This document shows positions 39,688 to 59,312 of a stretch of 64,000 nucleotides of DNA, piece by piece. The stretch is from contig CM000150.2 in NCBI GenBank assembly GCA_000004695.1, positions 1,792,001 through 1,856,000 on the forward strand, read 5' to 3'. A program made the translations under genes and the position numbers. Numbering within the stretch: position 1 is the stretch's first letter; every line of letters begins with the position of its first letter. The notes under the pieces are model-generated. The model did not search any database and was not told where the DNA came from. It saw nothing but the letters and a program-made list of their open reading frames with translations. Source of the DNA: Dictyostelium discoideum (Eukaryota).

Positions 39688-40659
39688 TATAATTTTTTAA
39701 ATTAAAAAAAAAAAAAAAAAAAAAAATTATATAAGTTAGATTTGTCGAAAGTAAAAATAATAATAAAATAAAAAAAAAAAAGAATAACTTACTTTTATAT
39801 ATATTTGTTTATATTTGAATTATAGAAATATATATATATGAGGTTTTTATTTGATTTTTAACTTTAAATATATACATAAAGTATATATATATATTAAAAT
39901 ATATAACACTAAATTTGTGCTATTTAATTTGTTTATAGTGATTTTTTTTTTTTTTTTTTTTTTTTGTTCTTTATTAAAGAGTTATAGTTTTTTTTTTTTT
40001 TTTTTTTTAATATATAGAGTGTTCTATTTTTACAAACTGCTTCTATAATTTGGGTGGGTTAAATTGTGATGAATTCAAATAATAAAAAAAATAAAAAAAA
40101 AGTTTTTTTTTAATTTTTTTTTTTAATTGTGTGTTTTTGTTAATTTGTTTGAATTTGTGATAACTGTTTTTGTTTTTGTTTTTTTTTTTTTTTTTTTTAT
40201 TAAAAAAAAAAAAAAGTTTCTTGAATTAATAAGGGTTTTATGAATTTATATATTGAAAATTAAATTAAAATTAAAATAATTGGTGTGTGATATGTAAGTG
40301 AGTGAATTTTTTATTTTTTTTATTTTACCTTATATTTAATATAATTAATAAACAAATAAATTGTGTTCTTTTTGTTTTAAAAAAAAAAAAAAATTTATAA
40401 ATAATAAAATGAATAACTATACATATAAAAAATAAATAAATAAAAATAATAAATAATAAATAATTAAATTATTAAAAAGAAAAATAAAATAAAATAAAAA
40501 AAAAAAATAAAAAAAAAAAAACTATAAAAATAGAATAAAAAGGAGGGGGCAATGAATATTAGGGTAAGATTAAAAAGTTAATAATAGAAATTATAATTTT
40601 TATTATTAAAAAAAAAAAAAAAAAAAAAAAAAACATTTTGTGGATTAATAAAGTGCTGA

Positions 40660-40713
<54 letters not shown>

Positions 40714-41749
40714 AAAAAAAAAATATTTTTTTATTTTTTTATTTTTTTTTTTTTTTATTTTTTTTATTATTGTTGTTATTGCATGTGATAAAATTAAGAT
40801 ATTGCCACTCACAAAAGCAATTTTTTTGGTGGGAGTGGTGAATTGAGATTGAAACAATTGTTTCCAAAAAAAAAAATTTTAAAAAATTTTAAAAAAAAAA
40901 AAAAAAACAATTGTTTTTTGAAAAAAAAATCTCAATCACAAGTATGAGATTGTTGTATTTTTTTTATTTTTATTTTATTAACATATATACCCCCTCCCTC
41001 AATAAGTTTTTTAAAAAAAAAAAATAAAAAAATAAAATAAAAAAAAAAAAAAAATAAAAATTATAAAGTGTGTTGCAAATATTTTGAAAAGGTCACCCTT
41101 GATTACATAAAGAGAAAAAAAAAAATAAAAAAAAAAATAAAAAAAAAAAATATGTTGCTATAAATAGATACAATTGAGCTTACATTTTTTTTTGTTGAAA
41201 TTTATTTTAATTATGTATTATATATGTTTGTATTTTACAACGATGTTATGATATTTATTTTTAATAATTTATTTTATCTTATTATTATTATTATTACTAT
41301 TATTATTATTTTTTTTTTTTATTTTTTTTTATAAAATAAAAAATTGGTGATGGGTAAAAAAAAATATATATTTATATGTATATATATATATTTTCAATAT
41401 CACAATTGCATAGGAGAAATAAATTAAAAAAAAAAATAAAATAAAATGAAATAAAAAAAAAAAAAAAAAGAATTAGAATAACCGGTTTCGTTTATTTTTT
41501 TATTTTTATTTTTTTTTTTTTTTTTTTTTTTTCCAATTTTTTTATTTTAATTTTTTTTTTTTTTTTTTTTTTTGTGGTTTTTTTTTTTATTTAGTATTTT
41601 CACATCAAAAAATTTGTAATATGGTCGAGATTAATCATATAAAATATGAAATGGTTGTGATTTAGTTCTACATGAATTATTTTTAGTATCACCAATTTTT
41701 TTTTTTAATTTATACAAAAAGGTTTCAATGATGGATAATCTAAAAATAA

Positions 41750-41782
<33 letters not shown>

Positions 41783-42439
41783 CAAAAAAATTTTACCCAC
41801 ACAACACTGAAATAAATATCTTTGTATCTAACCAATTTATGAAAACCACCATTTTTTTTTTTGAAAAAAAAAAAAAAAAAAAATTAAAATTAAAAAAAAA
41901 AAAAAAATAATTAAAAAAAAAAAAAAAAAAAATTAAATAAAAAAAAAAAATAATGATGATGGTTTTCATAAATTGGCAAGATATAATCTTGTGCTTTTAA
42001 AAATAGAGCATATTATTCAACAGAGTATATATTAAATTACTTTTTTTTATTTTTTACTTTCCTTAATTTAACTGATGGGCAATTTCGATTAATCAAGAAT
42101 ATCCCAAAAAAAAAAGCCCATCATTACTATTAAATAAAAAAAAAAAAAAAGCCCATTATTACTATTAAATAAAAAACCTCTTTTCCTTTTTTTCTTTCTT
42201 TTTTTTTTTTTTTATAAATAAATAATTTTTTTTTTTTTGTTCCAATTTATTAAGATTTGATAAATATAGAAAGATTATACTTTTAGAAATCGCTTTGTTA
42301 TATTTTCTTTTTTTCTTTTTTCTTTTTTTCTTTTTTTTTTTTTTTTTGTTATTTTTTTTTTTTTGTAATTCTTTTTTTTTTTTTGAAATTCTTTTTTTTT
42401 TTTTAAATAATTAAAGAAAATAATTATAAGATTATATGA

Positions 42440-42490
<51 letters not shown>

Positions 42491-42586
42491 GAAAACTGGA
42501 AAACCAATTGATGTTGACTTTTTTTTTTTTTTTTCTAAATGGATGTTGGGTGTGTGTATTTTGGAAAATTTGATTTAAAATTCGGT

Positions 42587-46131
<3,545 letters not shown>

Positions 46132-47270
46132 TTTTTTATTTTTTTATTTTTTTTATTTTTTTTTAATATATTTATATATATATATTTTATTGCTTTATTA
46201 TTTCAGCTATTGTTTGTTGCCTTTGGCTTACTAATAAAATTTATTAATACTATTTTGAAAAAAAAAAAAATAAAAAAAAAAATAAAAAATATGGAATAAT
46301 TTTTAGGGGTTTTGGGAGTGGGTGTGATTATTATTTTTATTTGAAAAATAAAAATTTTTTTTTTTGAAAATATTCTTGAAATTATGTTATCTATAAATTT
46401 TAAAATAAAATAAATATTAATATAAATAAATATAAATATAGTTTAAAATATTATTTTTCATGTTTATTTTTATTATTTTATTTATTTGTATCTTTTTTTT
46501 TTTTTTTGAATAAATAAAAATTAAAAAAAATTAATTAAAGTGAATAAAAAAAAAAAAAAAATATTAATTGAATAAAAAAAAAACCAATGAAATTTATTTT
46601 ATTTTTGTTTAATTTTATTTGAATATTTTATTTTATTTTTGGACATTGAGATGAGAAAAAAAAATGTCATACAATTCTAAGAATAATTATTATTATTTAT
46701 TTTTTTATTATTATTATTTATTATTATTTATTTATTTATTTTTCTTTTAATTTTTATTTTATTTTATCTTTTTGGAAAATGGAAAAAAAAAAGGAAAAGA
46801 GAATTAAAATTAAAAAAAAATAATAATAAAAAAAAAAAAAAAAAAAAGAATAAAAAAAAAAAAATTAAAAAAAAATAAAAAAAAAAATAAAAAAAAAAAA
46901 ATAAAAAAAAAAAAAAACAATAATTGAGAAGTCTATACTTAGTGATGGTGGGTTTAATTTCATTATTTAACACCACATAAAAAAAAAAGGAAAAGAACAA
47001 AGAAAAAAAAAAAAAAAAAACAACACACATTCGCACCCTTTTTTTAATATTATTATAATTTAAATTCGGATAATTCAATTGTTGTAGCGTATTATTTAAT
47101 TGGTGAATTGTTAAGTTTTTTTAAAATTTTATTATAAAATTGGATTTGTTTGGTAAATTAATTTAAATTAGTGTTTAATAAATAATTATTAATCTTTAAA
47201 AAAAAAAAAAAAAAATTAAAGTGATGTGATTCCACACTGTAAACAAACACAAAACTTAATTGTTTCAATT

Positions 47271-47274
<4 letters not shown>

Positions 47275-47323
<49 letters not shown>

Positions 47324-47370
47324 TTTTTTTTTTTTTTTTTTTTTTTTATTTTATTTTTTTTTTTTTTTTT
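47275..47370. repeat. A T-rich homopolymer tract of about 96 nt whose longest pure T run is 47 nt.
   Basis: Read directly from the sequence. Confidence 0.95.
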
Positions 47371-47720
47371 AGTTTAAACCACCAATATTTTATGTGAAAA
47401 TTTTTTATTTTGAAATTCTGGATTTTTTTTTTTTTTTTCTTTGAAAATAAAAAAAAGGATTAAATGTAATATAAATGCAAATAATGCATTAACCAACACT
47501 ATTAATAAAATTTATTTCTTTTTTAACTATTATTGATCATTATTATAATTACGATATCTTTAATTTTAATTATTATAATATATACAAATTTTTAATTGAT
47601 GAAAATGTTTAATTTTTTTTTTTATTTTATTTTGCAAATTTTCTGTTATGGATATGGGAATTAAATTTAAATTGGTATTGGATACTAAAAAAAAAAAAAA
47701 AAAAAAAAAAAACAAAAGAA

Positions 47721-47751
<31 letters not shown>

Positions 47752-47975
47752 TATTGAGAGACATAAAAAAAAATATTTTATATACATATGTATATATTTG
47801 TAATAAAATAAAATTAAATAATGTGAATCCAAACAATGAAAATTTAAACTTTTTTTTTTTTTAACAAAATTTTTTGATCCAAAAAAAAGTGTGGCTTTTA
47901 CAAAAAAAAAAAAAAAAAAAAAAGTGATAAAAAAAAAAAAACAAAAAAAGTAATATGCAATTATTTTATTTTTCC

Positions 47976-48007
<32 letters not shown>

Positions 48008-49054
48008 ATTATAATTATTATTTTTATTTTTATTTTTACTATTATTATTTATTATTATCTTTTATTTGTATTAGAAATTTTTTCTTTACTTTTTTTTTTC
48101 TTACATAAATTACTTTTTTTTTCTTACAAAAATGTTTTCGTTTGAAATTTTTTTCAATTAAAAATTATAAAAAAATAAAAAAAAAAAATAATAAAAAAAA
48201 AAAAAATAAAAAAAAAAATAAAAAAAAAAATGAAAAAAAAAAAAATAAAATAAAATAAAATAAAATGTAATTTTTGACCAATTTTTCAAATAAAGAGTTT
48301 GGCAAACATGTTTTTCGTGATTTTATGTCTCGTGGGGCGCTCTGGTTGAAAAGGCAAAAAATTTAAAATTTTTTTTTATAATCCGATGATTAAAAGAATT
48401 CTGGAATGAAATCTCATTTTATTTTTATTAACACCACACAACCAAATTCAATTAAATATTTAAAATAAAAAATAAAAAAAATTAAAAAAGTAAAAAAATA
48501 TTAAAAAATCAAAAATAAAATCGATTTCTTATTTTTTAATTATTATTTTTTTTATTTTATTTTTTTTTTTTAAAAAAAAATTGGAAAATTGGAATGGTGA
48601 ATTGTTTTTTTTTTTTTATTCCCCAGATAGTAAAAGAATTCTATAATGGTAAAAAAAAGTACAAGAATTTAAAGACATTTGAATAAATTGAAATGAATGT
48701 CGGAAAATAAAATTTTATTTTAATGATTATTTCCTATAATATTCCAATGAAGGAAGATTTATTTATTTTATTATTTAAACATTTTCCCAATATTGGGAAA
48801 ATTGATCCCAGAAACTAATTATTTTTAAAATTTCTTTTGTCCATAATTGTTTATTGTTTATTTTTATTGTTTTTTTATTTTATTTTTTTATTTTTTTTTT
48901 TTTTTAAAATCAAAAGTTTTTTTTTTTTTTTTATTATTTTTCTTTTATTAAATTAAAAATTAAAATTTTAAAAAAAAAATGATAAAAAAAATAAAAAACG
49001 GTGTATTTTTTATTTTTTTTTTTTGGATAACTTAATTGCAATCATCAACTACCC

Positions 49055-49101
<47 letters not shown>

Positions 49102-49250
49102 TTTTTTTTTTAAAAATTTTAAAAAATAAAAAAACAATTTTTTTTTTTTTTTTTTTAAATTTTTTTTTATATAAATAAATAAATTTTATTTTTAGCAGCA
49201 GTGCACTGAAAAAAAAGTCTTTTTAACAAACAAATAAAAAAACATTAAAA

Positions 49251-49283
<33 letters not shown>

Positions 49284-49479
49284 AAAATAATAACAACATA
49301 AAAAAACAAAACAAAACAAAAAAAAAAAAAAACATAAAACAAAACAAAAAAAAAAAAAATAAAAATAAAAATAAAAATAAATAAACAAATAAAATAAAAT
49401 AAAAATAAAATAAAATAAATAAAGATTAGATAAAAAAAAAAAAACAAAAAAAAAAAACACACACACAATTTACTAGTAA

Positions 49480-52500
<3,021 letters not shown>

Positions 52501-52689
52501 ATAAAATTTTTAATATTTAAAAAAAAAGATGATAAATAAAATCATCTATTGCCATTAATTTTTTTTTAAATTCCAAACAAAATTCCTTTTATTTTTTATT
52601 TTTTTTTATTTTTTTTTATTTTTTTTTTTTTTTTAATTTTTCATTTTTTTTTTTATTTTAAAATTTATTTTTAAAAACAAACAACAACA

Positions 52690-53108
52690 ATGAGTTTATG
52701 TAATTTAGCAAAAATTAGAAGTGTTGCAATTAAAGCAGTTGAAAAGGCTTGTATTGCATGTTTAGATATACAAAAGCAATTAATTTCAGAAGATACAATT
52801 AATAAAAAAGATCAATCACCAGTAACAGTTGGTGATTATACAGTTCAAGCATTAGTTATCAATGAATTACTTAAAGGATTAGATGAAGAATACCCAATCA
52901 TTGCAGAAGAGGATTCAAAAACTTTATCATCACAAAAAGATGTAGAATCAAAAGTATTATCATTTTTCAATCGTTATTCAAATGAAAGTTTTGTAGAATC
53001 TCAATTAAGTTCTTTATTAGATAAAGGTAATAAAAAAAAGGATTTAAATTCCTCAAATAGATGGTGGACTTTAGATCCAATTGATGGTACTTTGGGGTAA
53101 ATATTTAA

Positions 53109-53194
<86 letters not shown>

Positions 53195-53832
53195 ATTACT
53201 AATAAAATCAATTTTTATTTTATTATTAATATAAAAATAGATTTTTAAGAAAAGATCAATATGCAGTTGCTTTAGCATTAATGGAAGATAATAAACCAAT
53301 TCTAGGTATTTTAGGTTGTCCAAATTTACCAGTATCAAAGGGATCAACTGAAAAAGGTTGTATTTTTGTTGGTTTAAAAAATAAGGGTTCATTTATGATT
53401 AAATTATCAAATTTAGATCAAGAGGAACCAATTAAGGTTTCAAATCAATCCGATCCAACCAAAGCAATTTTCACAGAAAGTTTTGTTTCAAGAGGATTTG
53501 GTCATGAATTAAATCAAAAGATTTCAAATTCAATGGGTGTAACAGCAGAACCTTTAAAAATTGACAGTCAATGTAAATATGCAATGGTTGCTCGTGGTGA
53601 TAGTGATTGTTATTTAAGATTAACTCAATTAGATTATAAAGAATGTATTTGGGATCATGCTGCTGGTCATATAATCGTAGAAGAAGCTGGTGGTATTGTA
53701 ACTGATTTCAAAAAACAACAATTAGATTACTCAAAAGGTTTCAAATTAGAAAATAATGTTGGAATTGTTTGTTCAAATAAATTATTAAATGATTCATTAT
53801 TTGATTCAATTAAAAAATCAATTCAATTTTAA
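52690..53832 (+). CDS. 3'(2'),5'-bisphosphate nucleotidase (PAP phosphatase) of the inositol-monophosphatase superfamily, HAL2/SAL1-like, 332 aa. Exon 1 is 52690..53096, the intron is 53097..53240, and exon 2 is 53241..53832.
   Basis: WWTLDPIDGTLG|FLRKDQYAVALALMEDNKPILGILGCPNL matches HAL2 (DPIDGTKGFLRG.QYAVCLAL…GCPNL). WDHAAGHIIVEEAGGIVTD is the C-terminal signature. The donor is GTAAAT at phase 2 and the total of 999 nt is divisible by 3. Confidence 0.85.
53109..53200. repeat. An (ATT)n microsatellite of about 30 units inside the nucleotidase intron.
   Basis: Read directly from the sequence. Confidence 0.95.
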
Positions 53833-54063
53833 AATAAATAGATAAGATAAATAATTATATTTAAAAAAATGAAAAAATGAATAAATAAATAAATAAATTT
53901 ATTTTTAAACAAATAAATAATTTGTTTTTTTTTTTTTTTTTTTTTTCTTATTTATTAAAAAAAAAGTTTATACAAAAACCATTTAAAAAGACTTTTATTA
54001 ATTATTATATTATATAAATTATTTTTTAAAATTATTTTTGTTTTCTTTTCGTTTTTGTTATTA

Positions 54064-54118
<55 letters not shown>

Positions 54119-54132
54119 GGGTATTATTATTA

Positions 54133-54560
54133 TTATGTTTTAATAGTATACTCTGGTATGGTATCAGGATCCATAAGCTTGTTATCCTTTATGCAATCAA
54201 AGAACCATTCCAATGTAACTAATTTTTGAATTCTGTCACTAAGTTCGTGTTGTGGTCTTATCAAACACAAACAATAGTGAGCTCCTTCTCGTCCTCTCAT
54301 TTCTTTATAGTTTTTAAATGAACCACCAGCACTTTCAATATCTGCTTTGGTATCTTTCCAAAAATCAACAGCTTTAATTGAGTGACCTATAGTATCGTTA
54401 ATGAATTGATTATTTTCAAGTTCTTCTATATCTTTCAATGAAAGATCTTCAAAACTTGGGAATATTGAAAAATTCTTTTTTGTAAAAATCTTGGAAAAAC
54501 TCATTGGTAACTATTTTTTTAAAAATAAAAAAAGAATATATGTTAGTAAAAGGAAGAAAG

Positions 54561-54611
<51 letters not shown>

Positions 54612-57036
54612 ACCAATTGACCTTTATAAACAGAATTTTCAGAAATAATAGTGAATTTCTTTTTATAATTGATTCGACTTAATTCACGTGGGAAAAATGG
54701 ATGATCATCAGATACAACATAACATCCTCTAAAACTAAAGTTTAAACTATCCACAATAAATCCATTATTTGCTATTATAAAATCTCTTAAAACAGCTGTG
54801 AAGGAATAATAAAGATGGTTAGTATGGTGGTAATAAAATAAAATAGTTTTCTAAAAGAAATTTTAAAACTTACATTTTCCTTTAATAGGGTCAGATAAAA
54901 CAAATGCTTTTCCATGTATTGATGGGATAGATAGCGCTCGTGAATTATCAACCATCAATGGTGGAATTGATTGAATGTTAGATTGAGTCAATGGCTCTGA
55001 AATTGATTCACAATCAGATTCAATCATTGGCCCTGAAATTGATTCACAATCGGATTCAATCATTGATTCAGAGTCATTCAATAAATCTGAAGGTGATTGA
55101 ATCAATAGTTTTGGAATTGATTGAATCAAAAAGGTTTTTGTTGGAGTTGGAGTTTTAGAACCAACAGGAGTTGATTGAACCAATAATTTTGGAGTTGATT
55201 GAGCCAAAACTTTTAATGATAGTTTTGTTAAAGGTGTTTTTGGTACTGATTGTCTTCGTCGAACTGATTGAACCAATGGTATTGGATCTACTTTTAAAGT
55301 TGGTGATTTTGGTAAAGTTTTTGGTGTTGTTGTTGTTGTTTTTGTTGTTGTTGTTGATTGTCTAGGTGATTGAACCAATTGATTTTTTGGTGGCGGTGAT
55401 GATGGTGTTGTCGTTGTTGTTGTTGTTTTTGTTGTTGTTGATTTTCGGGGTGATAGGAACATTGACTTTTGAGTTGGTTGGGCCAATGGTTTTGATTGAG
55501 TTTTGTAATTTGTTTGTTTAACTGGTGGTGATGTATCGATATCTGGTTTTGAATGTGTTGGTGTTGGTGGTGGTGGTTTATATGGTGATGATAATGTAGT
55601 TGTGGTGGTGGTTGTTGTTGTTGTTGTTAACGATTTTTTGGTTGTTTTAGTTGTTTTTGTAATTGTTTTTGTTTGCATTTTTGGTGATATAGGAGTTGGC
55701 AGTGATAGAGGCGTTTTAGTGACACGAGGTGATTGATTTTCAATTGGTGAATCTGTCATATATGATCTTCTCGTTCTCATTGGTGTTGGTTTAGAAATTA
55801 CAGATGGTGATGATTTTACAGGGGTAATATTAATTTTCTTTGGTGATTTTAAAATACTCTTTCTAGCTTCTTTTTCTTCTCTTTCTTTTTCTATTTCTAT
55901 TTCTCTCTGTCTTTGTTTTTCTCTTTCTATTTCTCTTTCTTTTTCTTTTTCTTTTTCTCTTTCTCTTTCTCTTTCTCTTTCTAATTCTCTTTGTCTTTCT
56001 CTTTCTTTTTCTATTTCTCTCTGTATTTCTCTCTGTATTTCTCTTTCTCTTTCTATTTCCCTTTCTCTTTGTATTTCTTTTTCTCTTTGTATTTCTTTTT
56101 CTCTTTGTATTTCTCTTTGTACTTCTCTTTGTATTTCTTTTTGTATTTCTCTTTCAATTTGTTTTTCTCTTTCAATTTGTTTTTCTCTTTCAATTTGTTC
56201 CTCCCTTTCTCTTTCAATTTCTGCTTCTATTTCCTTTTCTCTTTTTCTTTTTCTTTCTCTTTCTATCAGTATTTCTTTCTCTTTTTCTTTTTCTATCTTT
56301 TTCTTTGTCTCTGCATCATTATCAATATCATCATCAATATCATCATCTATCTCTAATTCGTCATCCTCGAGGATAGGTTCAGAGAGAATCTTCCCGCTTT
56401 TATCTGTAAATTTTCTATCTTTAAAAATATATGTTTGACTGTACAAATTAATATGATCCATATGAACCAATTTAGTTTCTTTTTTTAAGAGTGCTCCATT
56501 TAAATAAACTAAAGCTTCTCCCGAATTATTTATCGTTAAATTTTTTGATTCATAATTAATCACTGCCATAGTTTTTCTATTTAAATGTCGAAATTGAATA
56601 TTATTATCCTTTTTACTAAAAAATTTTAAAAAAGAGTATAGGGATTAGTAAACTATTGTATTTAAAATAAAAAAAATGAACAAAATAAATAAACAAAAAA
56701 TCTTATGATTTACTTACCCCCCAATCGTGAAATTTTTAGTTTGAATTTTATAATCAATACGATTAAGTGGATCATAAATAAATCCAAAATTATTTCTAAA
56801 AATTATGTGATAATAAATTTAAAGTTAGTATATATATTTTAGAGGAGAAAAAAAAAAAAAAAAAAAAAGAACTTACACTATATTTTTCTTTGGTTGGTGA
56901 GCATTATCATTTTCATGAAATGATGATTGTCTTTCTGTTTCACTTTCAAATAGTTTTCTTTTACGTCCACAACTATTGCCATTATTATTATTATTATTAT
57001 TATTTACATCACTTGTTTTTATACCATCATCATCAC

Positions 57037-57101
<65 letters not shown>

Positions 57102-57237
57102 GTTGTATTATTATTTACAGATTCGAGTTCAGTTTGTGTGCTTGTGTCTTGATAAAAGTTTGGTTTTGATATATTATTGTTGTTATTATTATTATTATTA
57201 TTATTATTGTTGCTGTTGTTGTTGTTATTAATATTAC

Positions 57238-57268
<31 letters not shown>

Positions 57269-57681
57269 ATTATTGTTATTGTTATTGTTATTGTAAGAAT
57301 TAGTAGTATGTACAGGAGATTTAAAGGCATAAAGCTTTGAAGGTGATGATAAAGGAGTAGTGAATAAACTATTTGAACTATAATGACCACTTGAAGGCGT
57401 CGATGGGGTTGATATAGCTTTACCAATTATAAAATGTATATGTGAATCAGTTTGTGAAATAGAAATATTATTATTTGTATCTAAATGAGTAATATTAATA
57501 TCTCTATATTTTATACTCCTATTTGATTCTTGGCTACTAATAATATCTTGACTACTATATTTTGTTTGACTATTAATGTAATTATTATGATTATTATGAT
57601 TATTACTACTATTATTATGATTATTACTACTATTATTATTGATATGAATACTATTATTATTATTACTATTACTATTATTTA

Positions 57682-57765
<84 letters not shown>

Positions 57766-58294
57766 TACTATTAGAATTTAATTGACTATTATTTATATCC
57801 TGACTATTAGTTATTTCCTGACTATTACTTATATCTTGACTATTACTTATATCTTGACTATTGGATATCTCTTGGCTACTATATATTTCTTGACTATCAC
57901 TTAAATCTTGGCTACTTAAGCCAAGTGATTTTATAAATTCTTTATAGTAGATACTATTTGTATAAATATTTTGACTTGGAATACTGCCCACAGAGTTTTG
58001 AGATGAGTTGATATTATTATTATTATTATTATTGGTGTTGGTGTTATTATTATTATTATTATTATTAATATTATTGATATTATTATTACTGTTATTAATA
58101 TTATTACTTATATTATTGATATTTTTATTTTTAATATGGTTATTGCTATTATTATTATTATCGTTAAGTGCACCACCATTGGGAACTATAGAATCAGGTG
58201 AATCATATGACGAAAGAGACACGGGTGATATATTTGGTGATGGTGAGGTGTAATTTGGCGAGATTAACGGTGAAATATACGAAGAAGGCATCAT
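54133..58294 (-). CDS. FHA-domain protein of 1257 aa in 5 exons: 56877..58294 (N/S-rich with SQDISNSQ repeats), 56718..56795 and 54874..56615 (FHA domain, a long REIQREKEIQ charged-repeat region, then an S/T/P-rich region), 54614..54771, and 54133..54510 (an unrecognised ~190-aa C-terminal domain).
   Basis: The FHA-like segment is NFGFIYDPLNRIDYKIQTKNFTIGG|KKDNNIQFRHLNRKTMAVINYESKNLTINNSGEALVYLNGALLKKETKLVHMDHINLYSQTYIF. All donors are GTAAGT/GTATGT. Exon 4 needed the acceptor TTATAATAG|CA, because CACAG|CTG gives a stop. The phases 2, 2, 1, 0 all agree and the total of 3774 nt is divisible by 3. Confidence 0.65.
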
Positions 58295-58565
58295 TATGTG
58301 TTTTAAAACATATAAATATATGGGTGTATATAAATAAATATATATTTATATGTAAACAGATTTTATTTTTTTATTTTTATTTTTAATTTTTGTGTGTGGT
58401 TTTTTTTATTTTTTTTTTAATTTTTTATTTTTTTTCTTTTTAATTATTTACAATGAAAAAAAAAAAAATGTAATGTGCTTATTTTTAAAAATCACAATAA
58501 TCTTGAAAATAATAAAACAATTTTTTTTTATTGTACACACACAATGTAAATAAATTGATGCAAAA

Positions 58566-58603
<38 letters not shown>

Positions 58604-58622
58604 CCAAATTTTCGTTTTTTGT

Positions 58623-58655
<33 letters not shown>

Positions 58656-59312
58656 AAATAAAATAAAAATAAAAATAAAAAAAAATAAAAAAAAAAAAAA
58701 TTAAATATTTAACGCATTTCATTTTTTTTGAACAAACATTGCTCATATGAATATTCATTTCCTATACTAAATTCTTTTAACCGGTTAAGAGGAATTTAGT
58801 ATAGGAATTATTTTAAAAAAATTTAAAATTTAATATCTTATATTCATAAGGCGCTGAAGTAGAATGGGTTTCTTAAGATAAGTTTATTTATTTATAATTT
58901 TTATTTTTTATTTATAATTTAAATTTTTTTTTTATAAAAAAAAAAAAAAAAAAAAAAACAAAAATAACAAAAAAAAAAAAAAAAAATTATAAATTCATTT
59001 TAAATAAATTAATCTTAAAAATAAAAATATAAATCTAAAAAAAAAAAAAGTAGAATCAAAACAAAACAAAAAAAAAAAAAAAAAATCTCAGAAATCCTTT
59101 TTCGATATCATTTTTTCATTTTCTCAAAATTTCTATTTTTAATTTTTCCAAAAAACTGAAAAATAAAAAAAAAAATAAAAATTATTTAAAAAATTTAAAT
59201 GATGAAATCAATGAACGCTCTTTTTTTTATTTTTTTTTAATATTTACAATACTATAAATTTTATTTATTTTATTTTATTTTTTTTTTTATTTTTTTTATT
59301 TTTTTTTTTATT

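Noticed and set aside
48300-48360. A GC-richer island (cgtgattttatgtctcgtggggcgctctggttgaaaaggc) considered as a small ncRNA.
   Set aside because: It has no recognisable class-I RNA motif (CCTTACAGCAA), snRNA or snoRNA box arrangement. It is left as unexplained.
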